This document shows positions 55,601 through 64,000 of a stretch of DNA of 64,000 bases, piece after piece (position 1 is the first letter of the stretch; each line of letters starts with the position of its first letter). Below the pieces are notes generated by a model. That model was given only the letters and a program-made list of their open reading frames with translations, searched no databases and was not told the DNA's origin. The position numbers and the translations under genes were made by a program. The stretch is from a virus (Duplodnaviria > Caudoviricetes), in IMG/VR virus record IMGVR_UViG_2585428004_000001, positions 32,001 to 96,000 of that record; one strand, written 5' to 3'.

Positions 55601-58600
55601 ATCTTTTAAGTAACCATTAGTTCCATTAAGAGCGGTATTCAATGCATTGTAAGCATTGATGTAGTCAGTTTTCTCTGTTGCAACAGCGTAGCTGTTTGCC
55701 AAAGCTTCATAAGAAGGTTTTTCACTAACCATTGTCGCCCATTCTTTTTTCAATTGAACTTTTTCAACTGGAGTTAACTTACTGTCGCTCGACATATCGT
55801 CAACTCTATTAGTTACATCTTGAGCCTTTTTATCGGTATCGGAAACCATTTTGTCAATATCTTCTTTGGCATTAGACCAATCAGCTAGAACATCTCCAAA
55901 GTTTACTAAAGAACCTGCAAATGTCGCATCTACTGTTGTAGCCCCATTTGTAGCAAGGGTGATTCTAGCCTCTTTAAGAGTTCCTGTATATCCTGTTGTA
56001 TCAAATTTAACGAACACACGAACCCATTTACCATTTGTAACAGTAGCCTGTTCTCCTATTGCGTAGAAGGTCTTGTCTGTTCCATTTTGGTCATAAATAA
56101 ATCTCATGTAGACACGAGGATTTTCTTTAGGAGTAACAAGTGTTTTTACATTGATAAAAGCAGAAGCATAACCTTTAGCTTTTTCAAATGGTTCTAATGC
56201 TAAGTTTTGAATGATAAACGCTGATGGACTTGTAACTTGAAGACCTTTTAAAATCCCAAACCCTTCAAGACCTGTGACATCCACAATCTTTGTTGTTGTG
56301 AGATTTGTAATTCCTTCCCATCCTGTATTACCAAGAGCAAACGTTGAGTTTAAGACATGGTTTCTATTTCTTACTGAGAATTCATTAATTCTTTTATCCA
56401 TGTCTTCTGGAGCAGGCGAATGGTCTAATGGCTTATTACCTTTATACAGAGCCACCCAATCAACTGTAGCTGACGTTGTATTCTGTGGGTAATTATATAA
56501 GCTTAATTTTCTTTCGTTCCCTGCTGTTGTAGCCAATGCTTTGAATGTCACATAAGTTACGCCATCTACATAAGTTTCAGTTGCATAACCAACTCTATTT
56601 GCAGAGCCATTCATCCAAACTCCAAACTGCTGTCCTGCAGAAATAGTACCTTTGATTACAAATGTATATTCTTGACCTGCAATCCAGTCTTCAGAAAGCG
56701 TATACGTGCTTACAAGATAACCTGTAGTTGAATAGTCTGTACCAGAATCCAAGATTAAGTTTCTTGAACTAATGTTCAATCCATCAATCTTATTCTTGGC
56801 ATCAGTACCTGCATTGACTTTATCCTTCATACTAGAGTCCAAGCTGTTAAACGTCACTAAACTTGTGATATCCAAATGTTCTCCAAGGATTTTAATACCC
56901 TCTTGACTTGCGTTAAGAGAAGCCATAACATTACCTTTTTTAACAACATTGATTGCAACTTCATCAGAAGTCTGTTGAATCTGAGTACCTTGTGCAACCA
57001 CAGTATCCTCTAAGTCATCTAAGTTGCCCTGCATATTAGTTACAGTTTGAGTAATCTTATCTGTTTCAATCTTAATCTCAGACTTAGCTTGAGTAACAGC
57101 ATTGCTTATCTTTCCATCAGCTTCTATTTTTGTGTAAACATTTTCAGCCTCTGCTTTCAAGTTAATACTATCTTTCATCTGTGTAATAGATGTGTTATGG
57201 CTTGAGATAGTGTTTCCTTGACTCGTCACTGTATTTGTTAAGTTAGTGACATTCTGAGAAATCTTATCTGTTTCAAGCTTGATTTCAGATTTAGCCTGTG
57301 TAACAGCAGTTGAAACCTTGCCATCAGCCTCTGTCTTTTTATAAACATCATTACTATTGGCTTTTAAGCTAATTTCTTCTGCTTGCTGTATAATTTCAGT
57401 CTCTGCATTAGAAACCCTAGATTCTACTTCAATTGAATCTTCTGGAGAGATATTGTGTTGACTAGCTTTATTACCTGCTTCAAGCATAATATCCTTTATT
57501 TCTACTGATCCTGTGAATGCTCTGGCTGTTGCATATGCTTTTGCACTTGCGATTGGCTTATTAGCGACAGTGTGAGTCTTCGCTAATCTTGTCCAGTCAT
57601 AAGTGCCTTCTTGAACTACATTGTTTCTAATAGAAAGATAGCTTTTGGAATTGTCAGTATGAGTTATTTCAACTTCAAATCCAATCCAATAACTTGCTGT
57701 TCCATTACTTGCTAAATTAGTCGCTTTAATAGAGTAGCTAATTGTAATCTGCTTCCCTACAAACTCTTTCAACTTATCTGATACAGAGAAGTTAACAGTA
57801 GTGTCTTTCCCATTCAAGGCAGATAACTTCTGACTAGACCTATTCAGCATGTTGCTTCCTCCAAGAGCGACGTCATCAATGCTCTTATTAACATCCTCTT
57901 GAGTTACCTTAGTTGAGATTTGGTTTGCTTGAACTGTAAGTTGAGATTCTGCCGTTTGTAATCTACCATTCGTCTTATCTAGTTCAGTCTGCTTTGCTCT
58001 TAAATTAATAGCTTCTGTATTAAGATTAATTTGAGTTTCAGCATCTGCAACTCGACCATTTAAGCCATCGTATTCTGATTTAGTAGCTTTTAAATCAATC
58101 TCATCAGTTAACTGATTAATACTAGTCTGTTGCTCATTAACAATATCATTTAAAGCATTGTATTCAGTCTTCTCTACCTTTTGGTTAATCTGGTCTGAAT
58201 GCTGAATGATTGTACTTTCAGCAACCTCTAATCGACCTGTATACTTATTAAAGTCTTCAGTCTTAACCAGTAACTTAATCTCATCTTTCATGACATTAAT
58301 AGAGCCTTCGTTGGCAGTAACCTTATTGCCCATGTTGGTAACGGTAGTGCTTTCTGCCTTTAATAGAATGGCATCTGCATTCTGCTTGATTTGAGTCTCA
58401 GCTTCTACAAGTCGAGTTTCATTCTTGTCACCAACACCGATTACACTAGTCAACTTATCAACTTGTGAAGAAAGTTTTACTCCAAGAGAAACCTGCTCCA
58501 CTGCTCCACTATGTTCATAATGAAGGATTTCAACTGTATTCCATCCTGCTCTGAATGTTAAAGGAACAGATAGTCCAGTAGAACTTGTAGTTCTCTCATA

Positions 58601-59401
58601 CATCTTTGCACCATTCATGTATATAACAGCACCATCATCATTTGTTACATTTAGTGTAACCGTCTTGGCAACCTTCATATATACATTTGTGAAATAGTGA
58701 CCAATGTAATAGTCTCCTGTAAATGGTTTGATTATAGAGTTATCATCGTAATCAATAATTACACTTGGCTGTTTTCCTTTAATATGATTAAAAGAAGGAA
58801 TAGCCCCTGCAGAACCTATGTTGATGTCATACTTTCTAGCAACCCATCGATTTAAGCCAACAGCACCGTCAAACTCTGTTTTAGTAATTTTAGAACCTAA
58901 TTCACCTTTTACATTGGTAATCTCAGTTTCAACAGTTTCTACTCTTCCCTTAACACCTTCAAAAGCGCTTAAGTCAGCTTTGTCGTTAAGTCTTCCAGTA
59001 ACCAACTGGTACTCTTCGTTGTACTTATCGATATTAACCTTGTCTAGGAGTTCTCCTTCTAGCTTCTGATAGTTTGCTTCATAAGCTTCTTTATCGACAA
59101 GTTTATTAACTTGCTCGTCAACATACATCTTCTCTACTTTATCTAAGAGGTCACCTTGAACCTTTCCTAGTTCTGTTTGTACATTACCAGTAATAGTTAC
59201 TAGTTCATTTTGCGTACCTTCAATACCATCAAAGCGATTGTCAACATCGGCTTCTAGTGCGTTGCCATTAGCTATCAACTCATTAATAGCTGAGACAATG
59301 TCTGTTTTCGATGCTGTCAATAGTTTCTCTAAATCGCCAACGGATTTAACAGATGCATATTTCCAAACTCCATCTTCTAAATATCTAATTACTCTAGCCA
59401 T
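52646..59401 (-). CDS. giant modular tail fibre/receptor-binding protein (2251 aa)
   Basis: PA14-like domain (TNDDGA..GWNTVEI), RNL..S...LE.GNKA CBM-like modules, four helical repeats, C-terminal S74-like chaperone (SSRDYKKDI...GLIAEE). Confidence 0.85.
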   Translation of the reverse strand: MARVIRYLEDGVWKYASVKSVGDLEKLLTASKTDIVSAINELIANGNALEADVDNRFDGIEGTQNELVTITGNVQTELGKVQGDLLDKVEKMYVDEQVNKLVDKEAYEANYQKLEGELLDKVNIDKYNEEYQLVTGRLNDKADLSAFEGVKGRVETVETEITNVKGELGSKITKTEFDGAVGLNRWVARKYDINIGSAGAIPSFNHIKGKQPSVIIDYDDNSIIKPFTGDYYIGHYFTNVYMKVAKTVTLNVTNDDGAVIYMNGAKMYERTTSSTGLSVPLTFRAGWNTVEILHYEHSGAVEQVSLGVKLSSQVDKLTSVIGVGDKNETRLVEAETQIKQNADAILLKAESTTVTNMGNKVTANEGSINVMKDEIKLLVKTEDFNKYTGRLEVAESTIIQHSDQINQKVEKTEYNALNDIVNEQQTSINQLTDEIDLKATKSEYDGLNGRVADAETQINLNTEAINLRAKQTELDKTNGRLQTAESQLTVQANQISTKVTQEDVNKSIDDVALGGSNMLNRSSQKLSALNGKDTTVNFSVSDKLKEFVGKQITISYSIKATNLASNGTASYWIGFEVEITHTDNSKSYLSIRNNVVQEGTYDWTRLAKTHTVANKPIASAKAYATARAFTGSVEIKDIMLEAGNKASQHNISPEDSIEVESRVSNAETEIIQQAEEISLKANSNDVYKKTEADGKVSTAVTQAKSEIKLETDKISQNVTNLTNTVTSQGNTISSHNTSITQMKDSINLKAEAENVYTKIEADGKISNAVTQAKSEIKIETDKITQTVTNMQGNLDDLEDTVVAQGTQIQQTSDEVAINVVKKGNVMASLNASQEGIKILGEHLDITSLVTFNSLDSSMKDKVNAGTDAKNKIDGLNISSRNLILDSGTDYSTTGYLVSTYTLSEDWIAGQEYTFVIKGTISAGQQFGVWMNGSANRVGYATETYVDGVTYVTFKALATTAGNERKLSLYNYPQNTTSATVDWVALYKGNKPLDHSPAPEDMDKRINEFSVRNRNHVLNSTFALGNTGWEGITNLTTTKIVDVTGLEGFGILKGLQVTSPSAFIIQNLALEPFEKAKGYASAFINVKTLVTPKENPRVYMRFIYDQNGTDKTFYAIGEQATVTNGKWVRVFVKFDTTGYTGTLKEARITLATNGATTVDATFAGSLVNFGDVLADWSNAKEDIDKMVSDTDKKAQDVTNRVDDMSSDSKLTPVEKVQLKKEWATMVSEKPSYEALANSYAVATEKTDYINAYNALNTALNGTNGYLKDMQVTSAINGTTFRGVFDDYYDKKSKLIRKVNETSKSIGDSANNKIDGMVIGGNQLVSGTEFLSASGWSRWGAYGKVGAYGIIAPIGRSLYVETKDDAGAQLAVPKGATVGLQGNGRKFSVKKGQEYTLSMNVATSELGDILDYMYLMYTVEGGNRRLGDIKVTDFPQVAPVYTGATVYYYKVKLTFKADRDDDNAYILIAGATKRDLTGSNGYAWIRVNNLKIEEGNVATSWGLSQGDIDQIISDVDKKAEESKKAIADMSNDNKVTPVEKFQLKKEWATITAEKPQYESLSTTYGITTEKTNYVNAYNALNTAVTPIISNMTTTSDINGATFRSTFDDYYDKKAQLIKKINETARILANDADKKAQESKNAIADMANDSKLTPIEKQQLKKEWATISAEKPQYEALSTTYGVTTEKTNYVNAYNALNTFISPFLTNTTVTSDINGTTFRNTFDDYYDKKAQLIKKINELSRTIGTNADTKAQEAKSAIADMSSDSKITPVEKVQLKKEWATMVAEKPQYEALATTYGITTEKTNYVNAYNTLNTALNGTGGILTNMTTTSTVVGATFRAQFDDYYDRLAQLIKKINETAKSLANNAQNKIDSVTTTESNVTVIDGGKIKTDSVTARQININNLFADSAFIAKFKAMEIDASKITTGELRGIYVRTDGTNSFSYMSGGSIASKSKVDSTETWIDEGIIRVRNGVYQNTITPDYLSISALGKSGYGKISYYSHATDLAQNNLNVWSVGKITLEPNGGDLILKGRPHIQKTDANGVALDFPNAGSVKFDQYGNILTGSSAGSEATWSIKDADGQVRLLVPVGKGTRGVMELKAPYGGLDLFWQGYRFMSFWGDSVNRFIRFGDGGSIKWQHNVGRFEFRNFADTDWAHLAGIWDTVSSRDYKKDIDKFDGSALDIINSATPKQYRYTSQSEDERVSIGLIAEEAPFLVQGADKKTVDNYGMTTLAWKAIQELSEQVRYLKNQLNNR
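53830..55800 (-). repeat. four intragenic repeats (DMS.D.K.TP.EK.QLKKEWAT...FDDYYD)
   Basis: Three tandem copies (~350-bp period, ~53830-54850) and one at ~55500-55800. Confidence 0.85.
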
Positions 59402-59423
59402 TAATTATATATCCACACTCTCC

Positions 59424-59528
59424 TTTTAATGGTTTTGTTTAATAACAATATAAGAGAAGTACTCATCTCTTATATATTTTAATGGTTTTGTTCTAGTTAA
59501 TTATACTATTATAAGTAGGATTGGTCAA
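59424..59528 (-). promoter_or_regulatory. tail fibre promoter: promoter, motif, hairpin, motif, RBS
   Basis: TTGACC-17-TATAAT (59528-59500); motifs 59493-59481 and 59440-59428; ATATAAGAGA/TCTCTTATAT hairpin between them. Confidence 0.8.
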
Positions 59529-59539
59529 CCCTACTTATC

Positions 59540-59567
59540 TAATAAAATCGTGATTTTAATAACTATT
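59540..59567 (+). repeat. 28-bp element, copy 4
   Basis: TAATAAAA TCGTGA TTTTAATAACTATT. Confidence 0.8.
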
Positions 59568-59580
59568 TTTTTTAGATACA

Positions 59581-59624
59581 AAAAAAAGGAGACTGTCGCC
59601 TCTTGTGAGAAAACAGCCCCCTTT
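59581..59624 (-). terminator. terminator after the major tail gene
   Basis: Imperfect hairpin followed by a T run on the minus strand. Confidence 0.55.
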
Positions 59625-59634
59625 TGTCAGCTAA

Positions 59635-60393
59635 TTACTCACCAATGATTTTGTAAGTAGCCATGTTTTTGTTTTTGTCTGGGAACAAGTCGAATGTGAT
59701 TTCTAACTTAGTTGGTTCAGTCGCAGACATTGTGATTGTGAAATTAGATTGTGGACGAGCCATTGGGTACTCGATTTGGATGAATTCATCCTTACCAGAT
59801 TCTTTCTCACGGATTAACGCATCTGCAACGATACGAACAGCTTTAGGGAACTTATCAGCAGAGATATTGATTACTTTTGCTTGAGTATCTTTTACTAAGA
59901 AGTAAACAGCGTAAGCATCTCCTTCTACAGCATCAGTACCGAAAGTAACGTCAGAACCAGTTACAGAGAATTGAGAAGCAGTTGGAGCAGTTTCAACTTC
60001 TGTTAAAGGTTGTCCAATATGTTCTACTTCGTCAGCGCCAACTTTAATTACAGCTACAGAGCCTTTTAATGGTGCGCCACCTAAACTAGCTTTCTTAGTA
60101 GAGCCAACCTTAACGATTTCACGTTTTGCAACGTTTGTTTCTCCAGTTACGATTTCAGAACCTGCAACTAAAGCAATCCACTTAAGGTCGAATACTTCCA
60201 TCTCAACTTTTAATGTACTCTGACGGTCAGAGTCCCATGCGATTGCGTTAGTACCTTTAGACTTTGCGAAAGTACGCTCAGAAGTCCATTCATTTGTAGA
60301 AACGTTTGCGTAGTCAGAGAATAAATCTGGTACGTTTGTAGCTTTGTCAAACAATGTGATGTTTGCACAGTCTTTAATTCCGTAAATTGCCAT
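59635..60393 (-). CDS. major tail tube protein
   Basis: YGIKDCAN...NFTITMSA.EP..ITFDL; own terminator; tail operon. Confidence 0.75.
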   Translation of the reverse strand: MAIYGIKDCANITLFDKATNVPDLFSDYANVSTNEWTSERTFAKSKGTNAIAWDSDRQSTLKVEMEVFDLKWIALVAGSEIVTGETNVAKREIVKVGSTKKASLGGAPLKGSVAVIKVGADEVEHIGQPLTEVETAPTASQFSVTGSDVTFGTDAVEGDAYAVYFLVKDTQAKVINISADKFPKAVRIVADALIREKESGKDEFIQIEYPMARPQSNFTITMSATEPTKLEITFDLFPDKNKNMATYKIIGE

Positions 60394-60470
60394 CTTATAG
60401 ATGCACCTCTTCTTGTATTATTTTGCAATGGTTTTGTTTAACATTGCATTTGTGATTAAAGGGATTACCT

Positions 60471-61238
60471 TTAATTTCCGATTTTAAGTGTTTCTAGCCA
60501 GTGCTTGATATCATCTTTAACATCAAACTTCTCGCTAAGTTTGTACTGCATTGCAGTACGATAAGTGTCCATTCCAATAATACTTTTGTAAGCATTGTAG
60601 AATTGGAAGTAAGTCATCTCATCTATCTCTCTTGGAGCGATGTATGATGTCCCACCAAAGGATACATAGTTTGCTATATCTTGCAAATGAACAGCATCCT
60701 TTTCAGCCTTTCTTCTTCTACCCTTTTGTAGCTTCTCCCAGATATCTTTCTGTCTCTTGGTCATATTCTTAGGAGGCTTTTCAACCTCAATGTCCTTTCG
60801 ACCTAAGACACCTTGGATAACCTTTCTTAGATTTTCAAACTCATTCTTATCAATAAGATAAGATTTGTTTACAACGATTTTCTGTCTCTTTTCAAGGACT
60901 TTAATATCATCTGCTCTAAGGAAATAGGACAGGCTGTGTTTTAACACTTCTAATGCACCTTCACTATTGAAAACTGCCTTGTCTAGAATGGTAGTACCTT
61001 CGTCTCCTTTTAAGAAGAACAGTTCGAAGATACTCCATTTTCTAACAAGTTCTTCCTCATTGTCAGCGCCAGTGAAGACAGCATCTGTCGTAAGGATATA
61101 GGGCATTATCAACGATTGGAACAAGTCCTCTCCCATATCTACAACCTCTTTCATCGAAGGTTGATAGACATATGTCTGGCTATCTTCGTCAACCAGAATT
61201 GGTCTGCCCATAAATACTCTCATTTTATCTACAGTCAT
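60471..61238 (-). CDS. phage structural/assembly protein
   Basis: Morphogenesis operon, 255 aa. Confidence 0.65.
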   Translation of the reverse strand: MTVDKMRVFMGRPILVDEDSQTYVYQPSMKEVVDMGEDLFQSLIMPYILTTDAVFTGADNEEELVRKWSIFELFFLKGDEGTTILDKAVFNSEGALEVLKHSLSYFLRADDIKVLEKRQKIVVNKSYLIDKNEFENLRKVIQGVLGRKDIEVEKPPKNMTKRQKDIWEKLQKGRRRKAEKDAVHLQDIANYVSFGGTSYIAPREIDEMTYFQFYNAYKSIIGMDTYRTAMQYKLSEKFDVKDDIKHWLETLKIGN

Positions 61239-61255
61239 CTCTTATAACCTCCAGA

Positions 61256-61780
61256 CTAACTAAAGTCTGATACAGTAAAGCTAACTGTATATCCACCAAA
61301 TTTGTTATTGTGAAACCATAATTCGTTGGCATATCGAAGTTTCAACTTACCCATGTTGCCAATATCTGTTGCACCTTCAAATAGTTTCTCGATTTCACCT
61401 AACATTAAATCTTGACGAATTCCACTGTCTGTTTTCATTAAGTCAGTGTGCGTGAAAATATAAAAATATACTTCCCCTGCTTGATAGTCGTCATAGATAT
61501 TAAATCCTTCTTGGAGTCTTCTGAATCCACTAAGACCTATAGTAATAAATGATTTCTTCATTTCAACAGGGTCTGGTACAAACCTAAATGGATAAACCCT
61601 GTCATACATTAGAGACATTCTCTGGTCTTCAGATATATCCCTAAATAATGCATCTGTTTCATTAAACAGTAATAGCTTTGTGAGCGTTTCAGATTCCAAA
61701 ATCTTATTCAGTATCATCATTTTATACTGAGGTATCTTTTGGATAGCAGACTCTCCACGATTCTTTACAGACTTTGTCAT
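61256..61780 (-). CDS. putative tail terminator/neck protein
   Basis: Position; 174 aa. Confidence 0.6.
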   Translation of the reverse strand: MTKSVKNRGESAIQKIPQYKMMILNKILESETLTKLLLFNETDALFRDISEDQRMSLMYDRVYPFRFVPDPVEMKKSFITIGLSGFRRLQEGFNIYDDYQAGEVYFYIFTHTDLMKTDSGIRQDLMLGEIEKLFEGATDIGNMGKLKLRYANELWFHNNKFGGYTVSFTVSDFS

Positions 61781-61794
61781 CTAATCACCCTCTC

Positions 61795-62814
61795 TTAATA
61801 TGGACTAATAATTTTTACCGCCTTAGAAGCAAGTACACCATCTGCTGTTTTGCCAACGATAGTAATCTGCGAACCAACCTTTTGGAAGTTGGATACAATT
61901 CTAATAGAAATGCCTTTTGTACTTTGTTCAACAATCGTTGCTATTGCGCTATCATCCATGACAGTCCACTCAGTAACACCTTCTTCTGGCACGAGCTGAC
62001 CATTTTCATAGACACTAGCTTCATATTTCACAGTAGAACCAATCTTGGCTTTATCAGAACCAGTGATAACCAACGTTTTCTCTATAGGATTTGGCTTTTC
62101 TTCCTCACCAGTAGATGGCTTTTCTCCATTAATATAGTAATCTGCAATACCAAGTTCGACATTGTCCCTAGTTGGGTCTACAAAGTCTTCCTCAAGTAAG
62201 AACTGAATCATCCCATTACGAGACATCCATTCCTTAAACATGACTTGATATACAGCTCCACTAATGAATACCCTTTGACCAAGTTTAATTGACCTCGTCT
62301 GTGGATTGTCTTGCATGTACATTAACATTTTAGCGTTTACAATCCATGAGTGATGACCAGATGTACTAAGACCAAGTGTATATAATGTATTGTTCTTGAT
62401 TACAGCAGGATGACCATCGCCATCTTTTCCACTGACCTTACCATCAATCATCCACTTGATTCTTCCATTTGATGGTCTGATTTTGGTTTGCTTATGAGTT
62501 GGAACAGACTTTTCTTCATCAGAGAATATTAACCATTCTCTTTCTCGCCACTTCATAATTGAACCAACTTTTAAATTACTCTCATTCTTTACAACCATAT
62601 ACTTATCATCTGACAAGTCTTTATTGTTGTTTTGGTTTTGGTCATTGATTACTGCGAATTGTTTTACGCCATCAATTTCAACCTCTTCCTTTGCAAGAGT
62701 ATTCTCAAACCATAATTCAAAAGACCTCGACATTTTCTTGAAATTTCTCTCATATCGAGTTCCACCTTTGGCATCCATTCGACTTCTAAATGTTGAGTAA
62801 CTCACTCTTACCAC
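61795..62814 (-). CDS. putative head-closure/neck protein with C-terminal Ig-like domain
   Basis: Position; ITGSDKAKIG..YEA...W.V Ig-like tail. Confidence 0.6.
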   Translation of the reverse strand: MVRVSYSTFRSRMDAKGGTRYERNFKKMSRSFELWFENTLAKEEVEIDGVKQFAVINDQNQNNNKDLSDDKYMVVKNESNLKVGSIMKWREREWLIFSDEEKSVPTHKQTKIRPSNGRIKWMIDGKVSGKDGDGHPAVIKNNTLYTLGLSTSGHHSWIVNAKMLMYMQDNPQTRSIKLGQRVFISGAVYQVMFKEWMSRNGMIQFLLEEDFVDPTRDNVELGIADYYINGEKPSTGEEEKPNPIEKTLVITGSDKAKIGSTVKYEASVYENGQLVPEEGVTEWTVMDDSAIATIVEQSTKGISIRIVSNFQKVGSQITIVGKTADGVLASKAVKIISPY

Positions 62815-63242
62815 CCCTCTAACGAGAAGTCTTTGTAAGTGTAAGAAACAGCGTACTCACGAATTTCATCTTTAAGCTTTTCATCAATCTTTGATATTTC
62901 TTTAAGATATCCTGTACCCTGCACAGCTTTATAGTCTCTGTCACCAATTTCTTTGCTCATTAAATCTGCATTATATAACTTAGAAGACAACCATGCCTTC
63001 TTCATCCCTAATGCTAAGATGTGCTGTTCCTGTGTAGTTAAGTCTTCATGAAACTCACCTACACCATTTTCCTCAGTGATTAATTCCAAATTCTTGGTAC
63101 ACTGTGGAAAGTGTAGGCTTCTAGCTTCATCAAGATAACCAAAGAGGACTTCATTCAATTCCTCGTCAGAGACAAGTTTCAATGTGTAGTCATCTATCAT
63201 TCCTAGGAACTTCCTGTTAATAGACATGAAAGATGTCGCCAT
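62808..63242 (-). CDS. putative head-tail adaptor
   Basis: Position; helical, 144 aa. Confidence 0.6.
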   Translation of the reverse strand: MATSFMSINRKFLGMIDDYTLKLVSDEELNEVLFGYLDEARSLHFPQCTKNLELITEENGVGEFHEDLTTQEQHILALGMKKAWLSSKLYNADLMSKEIGDRDYKAVQGTGYLKEISKIDEKLKDEIREYAVSYTYKDFSLEGW

Positions 63243-63253
63243 TGCAACACCTC

Positions 63254-63898
63254 CTAGATTCTTAAGTCTTCGTCAACCTCTGTCGCTTCAGCATCTTCGA
63301 AGATTTCGTCACCAACATGCTTTCTAATAACCTGCATCTTTTGGTAGTCACCAAATTCACCAAGTTTAAATAGACCTACAGCAGTTTCGATAATCTTCTT
63401 AACTAGCTTCGAATCGGAAGTTTCCATGACGTGCTTGAATTTTTGTGTATTTGATTTAAGAATGAATTCTTTAATATCAGACGAGTCTACCTGTCCACGT
63501 TTCCACTCTGGACTAAGAGCGAAATACTCATCATACTTCTTATCTAATCCAAGATAAACAAGTACATCTTCTAATTCATACTCTCCACCAACAACCTCTG
63601 TAATCAGTAAGCTGAATCCTTCTAAAATCTTTCTGTTAGAGTTTAGAATTACACGAAGGTCGCCAACAGTAATATAGTCTTCATCCCCACGACTTTCCAT
63701 ATCTAATGCTGTTTGCATTTTTGGATTGTCATAGACAAAGCGCCACAGCTCATTATTCACTACGATTACCTCTGTATTGCGGTCAATATTTACACGCTTT
63801 CTACGTTGAGGCTTCTCGTCTCGTTTATTTAACTCTGGACGATTATTTCTATTGTTATTTCTTCGATTTGAATGGTTATGTTTTTCCATCTTTTGCAC
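63254..63898 (-). CDS. phage morphogenesis-region hypothetical protein
   Basis: 214 aa; motif copy upstream; probable start ATG 63889. Confidence 0.65.
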   Translation of the reverse strand: MQKMEKHNHSNRRNNNRNNRPELNKRDEKPQRRKRVNIDRNTEVIVVNNELWRFVYDNPKMQTALDMESRGDEDYITVGDLRVILNSNRKILEGFSLLITEVVGGEYELEDVLVYLGLDKKYDEYFALSPEWKRGQVDSSDIKEFILKSNTQKFKHVMETSDSKLVKKIIETAVGLFKLGEFGDYQKMQVIRKHVGDEIFEDAEATEVDEDLRI

Positions 63899-64000
63899 TC
63901 TCCCACTATTTTTGCAATGGTTTTGTTTAATAAAGGAAAGAAGGAGTCGTCTAGGTACTCCTCCCCTCCCTTATATAGATTGTATCACAATGACAATGTC

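Larger units (their letters stand above)
32212..63928 (-). repeat. dispersed asymmetric motif AAACAAAACCATT, - copies
   Basis: Exact AATGGTTTTGTTT at 33704, 37149, 41414, 48917, 51146, 52089, 59428, 60427, 63916; one mismatch at 32212, 51178, 59481. Confidence 0.95.

Noticed and set aside
52646-59401. Diversity-generating retroelement or invertible tail-fibre shufflon
   Set aside because: No reverse transcriptase, TR/VR pair or inverted alternative C-termini seen in the window
4381-63928. 13-bp motif as a KOPS/SRS-type translocase guide
   Set aside because: Polarity fits, but near-exclusive placement at promoters and RBSs and its length argue for a regulatory site; not fully excluded
641-63930. 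Numerous antisense ORFs of 60-145 aa opposite long genes
   Set aside because: Shadow frames with no RBS or promoter and atypical composition
1-64000. tRNA or rRNA genes
   Set aside because: No cloverleaf or T-loop signatures noticed in the short intergenic regions; tRNAscan was not run

Overview
64 kb from a large AT-rich Firmicutes (Bacillus, probably B. cereus group) siphophage or phage-plasmid with SPbeta-like organisation. The left arm (1-29.2 kb, + strand) carries small early genes plus replication and nucleotide-metabolism genes: primase, tdk, PD-(D/E)XK nuclease, DnaE-type polymerase, thyA, DHFR-dUTPase, RecD2, nrdIEF, thioredoxin, DHH phosphoesterase, RusA and two HNH endonucleases. 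The right arm (31.7-64 kb, - strand) carries neck, tail, baseplate, fibre and lysis genes, with a tyrosine recombinase inside the tail operon. The arms converge on a ~2.5 kb hinge holding a 28-bp dif-like Xer site, a putative type I toxin/antisense-RNA pair, an orphan sRNA and a Rap-Phr cassette. Main unexplained signals: (1) a 13-bp asymmetric motif AAACAAAACCATT (19 exact and ~7 one-mismatch copies found by eye), almost all intergenic, oriented with transcription and flipping polarity across the dif-like site; (2) a family of ATAAAA-N5/6-TTTTA sites that delimit small gene cassettes, with a longer 28-bp version bracketing the tail-fibre/holin module; (3) a baseplate protein ending in a flagellinolysin-like HExxH metallopeptidase. 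All functional calls are from motif recognition; no database search was run.
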